Source: Ostreococcus lucimarinus (Eukaryota). Taken from it: DNA of 64,000 nucleotides. Under the pieces are notes generated by a model. The model saw only the letters and a program-made list of their open reading frames with translations, did not search any database and was not told the DNA's origin. The DNA is taken from NCBI GenBank assembly GCA_000092065.1, contig CP000591.1; one strand, written 5' to 3'. Below, in pieces: positions 30,155 through 40,400 of the stretch; the first letter of the stretch is position 1; each line of letters opens with the position of its first letter. Position numbers and translations under genes: made by a program.

Positions 30155-31096
30155 TCAATCGAACCCGACAAGCATGGGCGTGCATTTTTCGTACAAAGCG
30201 CGCGGCAATTTCGCCTTGAGCGCGGCGCGCACCTCCTCCGCCTTGTACCGCGCGCTGAAATGAATCAATAAAATAGCTTCGTTCTGGAACTTATCCGCGC
30301 GTGCGACGATATCGTCGATGTGCGTGTGCCCGAATCGCTCCGCGTCGTGCTTGCTCACCGCGTCGTCGATGAACGTGCACTCCATGATGAGAAGTTTCGC
30401 CCGGAGCGCGTCCGCGTTCGCGGGGTCGTCGATCCAGTCCCCGGTCGTGTCTCCAGTGAACGCCACCTCTGGGACTTCGACTTTATCCGTCACTTGTTCG
30501 CCGTCGTCGCGCAACCGCTTAATTTCCGGTCCGCTCAACCCCGCGTACGCGGGCTTCAACTTTTGCTTCGTGCCGTACACGACGTACCCTTGACTCGGCA
30601 CCGGATGCCTCGTTCTAAAAGCTGCGATTTCAAACAACTTATTCATCGCGTACCGCTCCCCCGGGTCGATCCCGATCGCGCGATGATTCAACTCGCTATC
30701 GTCCAACGCTCGCAGCGATTCTATAAACGTCCCGAACGCCTCTCTCCGCGCGCTCGGCAGCAGCACCGTCGGCGGCGTCAGGCTCAACAACCCGCGCGTC
30801 GCGATGTACATCCCACACCCTCCGACGTGATCCATGTGCGTGTGACTCAGGCACATCACGTCCGCGTACACGCACCGCTGCGGGCATCGCCCCGAATCGA
30901 ACGCCACCCCCAGCGCCGGCAGCACCACCGACGTCTCGCGTCCGCCCACGGAGACGCCCTCGATCTTATACCCCGCCAGCTCGTGCACCGCGTGTCGATC
31001 GCGATTCTTCGTCCTCTTCTGCGCGGCGTCGTCGCCGTCGCCGTCGCCTTCGCCGTCGCCTTCGCGTCCCGCCGGTCGGTCGCGCGCCGTCGCCAT
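30155..31096 (-). CDS. tRNase Z (RNase Z / ELAC1-type short form, metallo-beta-lactamase)
   Basis: The HxHxDH motif is in CLSHTHMDHVGGCG, and a C-terminal HFSARY block is present. ATG at 31096 (MATARDRP...) was verified. The ORF track extends upstream to 31924 over low-complexity sequence; a possible transit peptide from the MRVATRA... ATG cannot be excluded. Confidence 0.8.
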   Translation of the reverse strand: MATARDRPAGREGDGEGDGDGDDAAQKRTKNRDRHAVHELAGYKIEGVSVGGRETSVVLPALGVAFDSGRCPQRCVYADVMCLSHTHMDHVGGCGMYIATRGLLSLTPPTVLLPSARREAFGTFIESLRALDDSELNHRAIGIDPGERYAMNKLFEIAAFRTRHPVPSQGYVVYGTKQKLKPAYAGLSGPEIKRLRDDGEQVTDKVEVPEVAFTGDTTGDWIDDPANADALRAKLLIMECTFIDDAVSKHDAERFGHTHIDDIVARADKFQNEAILLIHFSARYKAEEVRAALKAKLPRALYEKCTPMLVGFD

Positions 31097-31135
31097 CGCG
31101 CGCGTCGTCGTCGTCCGTCGCGTCGCGTCGCGTCG

Positions 31136-31167
<32 letters not shown>

Positions 31168-31490
31168 ACGTCGACGTCGCGCTCGCGCAGGTCGCGCGCG
31201 TCGCGACGCGCATGCGACGCGCCGCGCTCCGCGGTCGACCGCGCGCGCGACGGCGACGTCGACCGCGGTCGGTCGCCAAACCCCGAGCGGATGATTGACG
31301 ACGACGGCAGAGCGCGACGATCGATCGCGCGTCGAGGGCGACGCGAAGCGCGCGCGAGGCAAAACGCGCGAGGCGACGCGCGGCAGACGAAGGCGTCGCG
31401 CGAATCGATTCGACGAAGAATCGAGTCTTCGCGCGATTTGATTTTGATTTGATTTTGATTTGATTGATTCGACGCGACGCGACGCCGGGG

Positions 31491-34400
31491 ATGGAACGAG
31501 GCGCGCGAACGCGCGCGAATGATGCGCGATGGACGCGAGGGACGATCGGGGCGAGAGGTGCGCGCGAACGGCGCGTCGTCGCGGTGAGAGTGACGACGCG
31601 GAGGGTAGGAGGCGACGCGAGCGTCGGCGCGGGAACGTCGAGGACGCGAACGTCGGTGGGGAAAACGCGCGCCGTGAACGGAGAGCGCGATGGTGAAGGC
31701 GGCGCGAACGATGAGGGAGACGCGGTGAGGGAGTACGGGACGTTTGGTTCGAGCGCGTCGTTCGCTCGAGACGCGGCGCCGGGGGAGGCGGCGGCGAGCG
31801 TGGCGGTGTACGTCGCGCGCGCGGTCGCGCTCGTCGTCGTCTCCGATATCGCGGCGTGGACGGTGACGCTGTATGGAGGGGGGATACCGGCCGCGATGCG
31901 CTCGCTGGTGATTTTTGGCGGCATGTCCGTGGTGTACTACGGCGCGTACGTCGCGCGATGGAATCGGTCGATGTTTGATTTGGCGACGCGCTTGGTCGCC
32001 GCGGCGGCGATTGGTTCGAGCTCGGTGATCTTTGGTACCGCTTTGGCGCTGAAAGTGATTCCGAGGCCGATGATGCAAGTGTTGGCCATCTTGCTCGCGT
32101 CGACGGTGGCGCCGCTGTTGGGCGTATACGTCGAAGAGTTGCGTTTGCACCGTACGTCGACGAGGCGTACGAGACTGATGATATTGTCGGACTGCTCGCT
32201 TTACGGTTCGTGGGACGCCGTCGCCGGCACTGTGGCGTGGGCATGCGCCTTCAACCAGTCCGCTGACGCCTTCGGCCCCGCGCTAGCGCAGAGTTCATTT
32301 GTCGCGTTTATCGTCGCCGCCGCGTGTCGTTGGATGCGAGCCATGTACGTATTGTACGTTATCGATCACTGGATCATTCAGACGGTCGCCGCGATGTCGC
32401 AAGAGTTCACAGAGACGGTGTCGCGAGCGACCGTTGTCGTTATGGAAGAAGTTTCGCGAGCGCCGATCGTCGTTAAGGAAACAGTTTCGCGAGTTTCTGT
32501 CGCGATTGCGGAAACGGTGACCCAAACGCCCGACGTGGTTTCGCACAATGACGAATCTCCGCAACCAGTCGCAGAGCCGAAGATGCACGAACGCTCGGAC
32601 AATAACGAAGCCGCCGTCGCGAGCGTAAAAATGCGGGTTGCGAGAGAACCTCAGCCAGTTGTCATGGAGTCGGCGCCTTCATCCGACGCCGCGCCTGTAG
32701 CAGGCGAAAGCGTGAGTGTCACTCAGCAGCCCGATGAACGGCGTATTGAGTACGCGCCTCCGTATACCGCGGTAATTCGTGAGCAGGATCCTCGTCCAGA
32801 ACCGCCGCGTGTCGTATACGCGCCCGCGTTTGTCGTGGTGGAAGAGGCATCGACGTCGTCTTCTACGGAATCCGACGTCACTCAACCGCTCGAGTCAAAG
32901 CGTCGCCGTCGACAGCGGAAGCGACAGTATCGCCGCCGTGAGTCGCTGGCGAAGAATACTATAGACATGAGCGAGATTGTGTCGAAAGAAGTTAACATAG
33001 CGCTGAACATGGGCGTTTCGATTGAGGCGGAGCTTCAGCGCATGTTGGATCGACGTCAATCGACGCTGAACGACATGAAAAACCAGCAAGCGAATCCAAT
33101 TTCTATCGCGCAAGTGGAAGCGGATATTGCCGCGCTGCGTGCTGAGCTGAGACGAGCCACGACATCACGCGAACAATTTCAACGAGCTCAAACGTCGTAT
33201 GAGAGCGATCTAGAGATGTGGATGGAATCGATACGCGCGGCGGCGGCGGTCTCGCGATTGGACTACGCAATCGATTCACTAAAAAACGCATCGGTCGCCG
33301 ACGACCCGCAGGTCAAGGAACTCATTGATCAAAGGGCTGTTTGGGGGTTGCGTTTGGTCAGCTCTCAAATATTTACGATTGTTGAATTGCAGGATTCACT
33401 TGACTCTGGGGAAGCACGTTCTTCCGCGCGCATAGCAGAATTACGAGGAGCTATAGAAAGTTTGGAGCTCAAATTGACTCGTTTGCAAGAAGAAAAGACG
33501 CAGAGCGTCGATAACCGTATTCTTTTGGAGGATCGTCTGCAGAAATTGAATCTTGAAATCGATTCTGTTCGGGAAAGAGAGCGCGTTGCGCAAGAAGACT
33601 GGCAAAGAGAGCGCCTGCGCCTGGAAGTTGAGCTCGAAGCTTCAGTCAAGGAACTTCAAACTGCCACGAGAACCGTCGACGACGCTCTCAAGGCGAAGTT
33701 AGAACTCCTTGCTAAGCTGCAGACCGCTCAAGATCAGAGCGACACTGATGCAGAGGCGATTCGGCGTCTCGAACATGAAACTGAAACTCTGCAAACGAAG
33801 CTCAAGTCCCTCACCGAGCAGCTATCTGTCGCAAATGCTAGTGTTGAACAAATCAATTCGCGTCGATTTGACTTAGAATCGCAACTGCGAGCAAAGGCAA
33901 CTGAGTTAGACTTGGCAAACGCCAATCGTGCCGATACTTCATTAGTTGAAGAGCTGAGGCGTCAAGTGAAGAATCTATCTACGGAGATCTGTTGGCTCAG
34001 AGATCAAAAATCGAGAGAAGGAAGCGAAGCAGAAGCAGTACTTCAAAAGCAACTCGCAGAGGCTCGTACGCAACTCGAAATCCAGCGAAATGAATTAGAA
34101 ATCGAAGCCAAGGCTGAAATTTCCGAATTGAAGCGATCCATGGATGTTATCCGCGAGGAGATGGAACGTCTAACGTCGGAGATGTCAGAGAAGACTGAAA
34201 AGAGTTTAGAGTATCAACGAATAGTTCAAGAGCGTCAAAAAGAGATTGAAAGTCTTACGAAAAACAAAGAGTTGGCCGCTCGCGCAATCGATGAGTCAAA
34301 GAAAAACTTGGCTCAGGCTCAGGAAGCGCTGGAGACGAAGCAAAAAGCACTAGATGACCGTGTTTCTCAGGTTGCAAGCTTATCTTTGGATCTTGCAGCG

Positions 34401-37400
34401 AGTGAGGAGAAAACGCTCACTCTTGAGCGCGAACTCTCAGCATCATGTCAACGCTCACAAGAGCTCGAAGAACTCATCTCCAGTCTTCGCTCGTACTCAG
34501 AATCACGCGATGCCTTGCTTGCTGACATAGATTTACTTCTCGGCAACGAAAACGACGAGCGCGAAGCGATGTTACGAGGCAGTAAGAACGCATCTGACCT
34601 CGTTGAGCGCATACAGAAACGTCTTCGAAGAGAAGTTGTCCTCGAGAAGAAGCTTGACCAAGCTCAGCTGCTCGAACAGGTAGGTCTCACAGTCGAAGAA
34701 TTGAAAACACGTGAAGCCGCATCACTTTGGTGGAAGGATCTAGTTCAAATTGGTTCTAAGGCTCTGGAAACGATTCAGAGCACCGCAGTGGATCTATCTA
34801 AGGGGACAGTCACGGCTTCATTGTTAGAGCGATCGATCAGTCTACGAGCGAAAGAGCTGCAGAATATCACCAGCGAACCGCAATACCAGAGATTGCAAAA
34901 AAGCTTCAATGATCTGAAGCGTCTTTCCGAAGCCGCAGAGCGAAAGTTGCAAGAAAAAGAGCGAAAGATAAAATCATTGAAGGCCGATAGCAAAGAGTCA
35001 GCTGCGGAATTGAAGGCGCTTACCTCAGAATTGGCCTCCGTGAAAGAAGATCTTAAATACATCAGAGATATTGCAAAAGAAGAGCGTGATGAACAGATTC
35101 AGCGCATAGAATCTCTCATGTTAGAGGTTGATTCATTCGAAAACGCCAAATTTGATGGTGAAGAGGCAGTACGCTTTAGAAACGAAGCAGCGAAGCTTCG
35201 AGGGATGAAAATTCGGTTGGAAGCTGAGCTCAAGTTGAGTCAAGATCTCGCAGAGACAGCGAGCAGCGAACTGGCTCGAGCTCGCGAAGAGCACGATGTC
35301 GTCATCACGCAGTTGAGTGAAGAAATAGCAGCTCTTGAACTCGACATCACAGTTAAATCTGAAGCGATCGAAAAGTTGGAGTCAAAGACGAATAATATTG
35401 AGGTCAAGTTGGGCTCCGATCTTGAGAGCGCGTTAGCAAAACTGAACACCACGCTCGAAGAACTCGATAAAAAGTCCACGGATTTTGCATCTCTTGAAAG
35501 CGCATCGGTTGAACAAAAGCGAAACTTTGAGAAGCACGTGGACGAGCTTGAAAAGCGCCTGGGTGCTTCCGAGGCTGAAGTGCAAAGATTGATACAAGAT
35601 AGAGATCTGGCTATTGAGGCCAAAGACAACGAAATGGTTTCGAAAATTCTTTCGCAGTCCGCTATCGTGTCCGATCTCGAGTCTGAGCGCGACGCGCTGC
35701 GTTCGCAGCTCGCCGACCTTTCGTCCGCTCGCGACTCTGAGCTGGCGTCTGTGCGCGCGGATCTTGAGTCCCAGCTTCGCGAGCGCGAGGAGGACATCGA
35801 GCGCGTGCGTTCTGAGCTCGACGAGTCCAAGGCGGCACTTGAGTCTGAGCGCGACGCGCTGCAGTCGGAGCTCGAGCGCGTGCTTTCTCAGGTGCCCGAG
35901 GTTGACGCGTCGCAGTCCGCTATCGTGTCCGATCTCGAGTCTGAGCGCGACGCGCTGCGTTCGCAGCTCGCCGACCTTTCGTCCGCTCGCGACTCTGAGT
36001 TGGCGTCTGTGCGCGCGGATCTTGAGTCCCAGCTTCGCGAGCGCGAGGAGGACATCGAGCGCGTGCGTTCTGAGCTCGACGAGTCCAAGGCGGCACTTGA
36101 GTCTGAGCGCGACGCGCTGCAGTCGGAGCTCGAGCGCGTGCTTTCTCAGGTGCCCGAGGTTGACGCGTCGCAGTCCGCTGCCGTGTCCGATCTCGAGTCT
36201 GAGCGCGACGCGCTGCGTTCGCAGCTCGCCGACCTTTCGTCCGCTCGCGACTCTGAGTTGGCGTCTGTGCGCGCGGATCTTGAGTCCCAGCTTCGCGAGC
36301 GCGAGGAGGACATCGAGCGCGTGCGTTCTGAGCTCGACGAGTCCAAGGCGGCACTTGAGTCTGAGCGCGACGCGCTGCAGTCGGAGCTCGAGCGCGTGCT
36401 TTCTCAGGTGCCCGAGGTTGACGCGTCGCAGTCCGCTATCGTGTCCGATCTCGAGTCTGAGCGCGACGCGCTGCGTTCGCAGCTCGCCGACCTTTCGTCC
36501 GCTCGCGACTCTGAGTTGGCGTCTGTGCGCGCGGATCTTGAGTCCCAGCTTCGCGAGCGCGAGGAGGACATCGAGCGCGTGCGTTCTGAGCTCGACGAGT
36601 CCAAGGCGGCACTTGAGTCTGAGCGCGACGCGCTGCAGTCGGAGCTCGAGCGCGTGCTTTCTCAGGTGCCCGAGGTTGACGCGTCGCAGTCCGCTGCCGT
36701 GTCCGATCTCGAGTCTGAGCGCGACGCGCTGCGTTCGCAGCTCGCCGACCTTTCGTCCGCTCGCGACTCTGAGTTGGCGTCTGTGCGCGCGGATCTTGAG
36801 TCCCAGCTTCGCGAGCGCGAGGAGGACATCGAGCGCGTGCGTTCTGAGCTCGACGAGTCCAAGGCGGCACTTGAGTCTGAGCGCGACGCGCTGCAGTCGG
36901 AGCTCGAGCGCGTGCTTTCTCAGGTGCCCGAGGTTGACGCGTCGCAGTCCGCTATCGTGTCCGATCTCGAGTCTGAGCGCGACGCGCTGCGTTCGCAGCT
37001 CGCCGACCTTTCGTCCGCTCGCGACTCTGAGTTGGCGTCTGTGCGCGCGGATCTTGAGTCCCAGCTTCGCGAGCGCGAGGAGGACATCGAGCGCGTGCGT
37101 TCTGAGCTCGACGAGTCCAAGGCGGCACTTGAGTCTGAGCGCGACGCGCTGCAGTCGGAGCTCGAGCGCGTGCTTTCTCAGGTGCCCGAGGTTGACGCGT
37201 CGCAGTCCGCTGCCGTGTCCGATCTCGAGTCTGAGCGCGACGCGCTGCGTTCGCAGCTCGCCGACCTTTCGTCCGCTCGCGACTCTGAGTTGGCGTCTGT
37301 GCGCGCGGATCTTGAGTCCCAGCTTCGCGAGCGCGAGGAGGACATCGAGCGCGTGCGTTCTGAGCTCGACGAGTCCAAGGCGGCACTTGAGTCTGAGCGC

Positions 37401-40400
37401 GACGCGCTGCAGTCGGAGCTCGAGCGCGTGCTTTCTCAGGTGCCCGAGGTTGACGCGTCGCAGTCCGCTGCCGTGTCCGATCTCGAGTCTGAGCGCGACG
37501 CGCTGCGTTCGCAGCTCGCCGACCTTTCGTCCGCTCGCGACTCTGAGTTGGCGTCTGTGCGCGCGGATCTTGAGTCCCAGCTTCGCGAGCGCGAGGAGGA
37601 CATCGAGCGCGTGCGTTCTGAGCTCGACGAGTCCAAGGCGGCACTTGAGTCTGAGCGCGACGCGCTGCAGTCGGAGCTCGAGCGCGTGCTTTCTCAGGTG
37701 CCCGAGGTTGACGCGTCGCAGTCCGCTGCCGTGTCCGATCTCGAGTCTGAGCGCGACGCGCTGCGTTCGCAGCTCGCCGACCTTTCGTCCGCTCGCGACT
37801 CTGAGTTGGCGTCTGTGCGCGCGGATCTTGAGTCCCAGCTTCGCGAGCGCGAGGAGGACATCGAGCGCGTGCGTTCTGAGCTCGACGAGTCCAAGGCGGC
37901 ACTTGAGTCTGAGCGCGACGCGCTGCAGTCGGAGCTCGAGCGCGTGCTTTCTCAGGTGCCCGAGGTTGACGCGTCGCAGTCCGCTGCCATGTCCGATCTC
38001 GAGTCTGAGCGCGACGCGCTGCGTTCGCAGCTCTCTGAGCTTCGTCAAATGTCCTCCGAATCCATCGCAGGACTCCAGCAGCAATTAGTCGCATTTTCGG
38101 CGGAGGCGGACTCTGCGGCTTCCTTGAGAAAAACAGTTAAAGAGTTGAAGGCAACTATCAGACAGCGCGAAAATTTGCTTTCTGAAACGGTGTTCGATCC
38201 GATGTTGAATGATGACTTGGACCGTATGAACGATGAGCTTGCATCGAAGAGTGCGGAACTAGATTCTGCACGGACGAAGTTGCAGTCGACTCTTAATAAG
38301 TTAAAAGAACGCGAGGAGCAGGCTGAATCTTCGCAAGCTGTTGCAAGTGCTGTCATAGATGAGATCCGCGCCGAGCTTTTGAATGCAAACGAAAAGTTGG
38401 CTGCTCGTGAGTCATACGCCAACGCTGTTGAGTTGGCGCTGCGGTCAGAACTCACAGAAAGAGAGAAAGAAATTGCGCTTTTGCGTGTCAAGGTAGCTAA
38501 AATTCTCGATGACAGCACGAACAAGCAGACAAGTCTCACCACTGCGCTCGATTCTGCGCAGTCTGAGATTGAGCGCCTCACTCGCGAGCTCGAGGATGTT
38601 GAGCAGAGCAAGCAAGTGGCCATGAAGGAGTCATTTGAGCGCAACGAATCGCAGATTGCGTCTCTGAACGCCGCGCACCGCGAGTTGGATCAGCGCCTGC
38701 GAGACGAGCTCGACGCGGCGCTCAAAGCGAAGGCAAGTCTTGAGAAGGAGCTCAGCGACCGCGCGGAATCCACCGCTGCTACCGAAACAGCGAAGCGCAA
38801 CGCCGAAGCACTGAGCGAAAGCTTGCAATCGCAGCTTGATGCACTGTCCACGCAGCGTGCTGAGCTCGAGCAGCGGCTGGTCAAGCGCGAGGAGGAGCTC
38901 GTCGCTGAGCTTGACGCAGCCAAGCATGAAGCCACAGCGCAGGCCGCACGTTTTGCACAACTTGGCGAGGCGGCCTCAGATCACGCACACGACGAGGTTG
39001 ATAAACTTAAGTCCGAAGTGGAACGACTCGAGTTTGAGCTCGGCGCTGTGAAAAACGAGCTGACAAGCGCGACGTCGACTGCGAAAGCGGACATTGCGAG
39101 GCTTACGGATGAACTTGCAAGCGCCAGCGCCGCGCGAGACGCCGTGGCTGAAACCGCTCATCCAGAAGAAGACGGGTCATCGGAGTCCGCATCGGCGTTC
39201 GAAGCCATGAGACGCGACATGACTCGTCTCGAGTCGGAGCTTGCCGCCGCTCTCGCGGAGCTTGCGGAGCTCGAATCGCCTCGCGAGTCAGAGTCCTCAG
39301 ATACTGAAGCTATTCGCGAGTTCACCACTGCGCTCGATTCTGCGCAGTCTGAGATTGAGCGCCTCACTCGCGAGCTCGAGGATGTTGAGCAGAGCAAGCA
39401 AGTGGCCATGAAGGAGTCATTTGAGCGCAACGAATCGCAGATTGCGTCTCTGAACGCCGCGCACCGCGAGTTGGATCAGCGCCTGCGAGACGAGCTCGAC
39501 GCGGCGCTCAAAGCGAAGGCAAGTCTTGAGGAGCGCAGCGACCGCGCGGAATCCACCGCTGCTACCGAAACAGCGAAGCGCAACGCCGAAGCACTGAGCG
39601 AAAGCTTGCAATCGCAGCTTGATGCACTGTCCACGCAGCGTGCTGAGCTCGAGCAGCGGCTAGTCAAGCGCGAGGAGGAGCTCGTCGCTGAGCTTGACGC
39701 AGCCAAGCATGAAGCCACAGCGCAGGCCGCACGTTTTGCACAACTTGGCGAGGCGGCCTCAGATCACGCACACGACGAGGTTGATAAACTTAAGTCCGAA
39801 GTGGAACGACTCGAGTTTGAGCTCGGCGCTGTGAAAAACGAGCTGACAAGCGCGACGTCGACTGCGAAAGCGGACATTGCGAGGCTTACGGATGAACTTG
39901 CAAGCGCCAGCGCCGCGCGAGACGCCGTGGCTGAAACCGCTCATCCAGAAGAAGACGGGTCATCGGAGTCCGCATCGGCGTTCGAAGCCATGAGACGCGA
40001 CATGACTCGTCTCGAGTCGGAGCTTGCCGCCGCTCTCGCGGAGCTTGCGGAGCTCGAATCGCCTCGCGAGTCAGAGTCCTCAGATACTGAAGCTATTCGC
40101 GAGTTCACCACTGCGCTCGATTCTGCGCAGTCTGAGATTGAGCGCCTCACTCGCGAGCTCGAGGATGTTGAGCAGAGCAAGCAAGTGGCCATGAAGGAGT
40201 CATTTGAGCGCAACGAATCGCAGATTGCGTCTCTGAACGCCGCGCACCGCGAGTTGGATCAGCGCCTGCGAGACGAGCTCGACGCGGCGCTCAAAGCGAA
40301 GGCAAGTCTTGAGAAGGAGCGCAGCGACCGCGCGGAATCCACCGCTGCTACCGAAACAGCGAAGCGCAACGCCGAAGCACTGAGCGAAAGCTTGCAATCG

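Noticed and set aside
35433-38094. Long ORFs on the minus strand (35433-38084, 35920-36354, 36952-38094) and in a second plus frame (35614-38088) across the 258-bp repeat array, with translations such as RRAQNARARCPPRAREAGTQDPRAQTPTQSRER and SPSFASARRTSSACVLSSTSPRR
   Set aside because: These are periodic artefacts of translating a GC-rich, stop-poor tandem repeat in wrong frames or antisense. They restart with the repeat period and have low-complexity R/A/S/T composition. They do not continue through the unique spacers, whereas the coiled-coil frame does.
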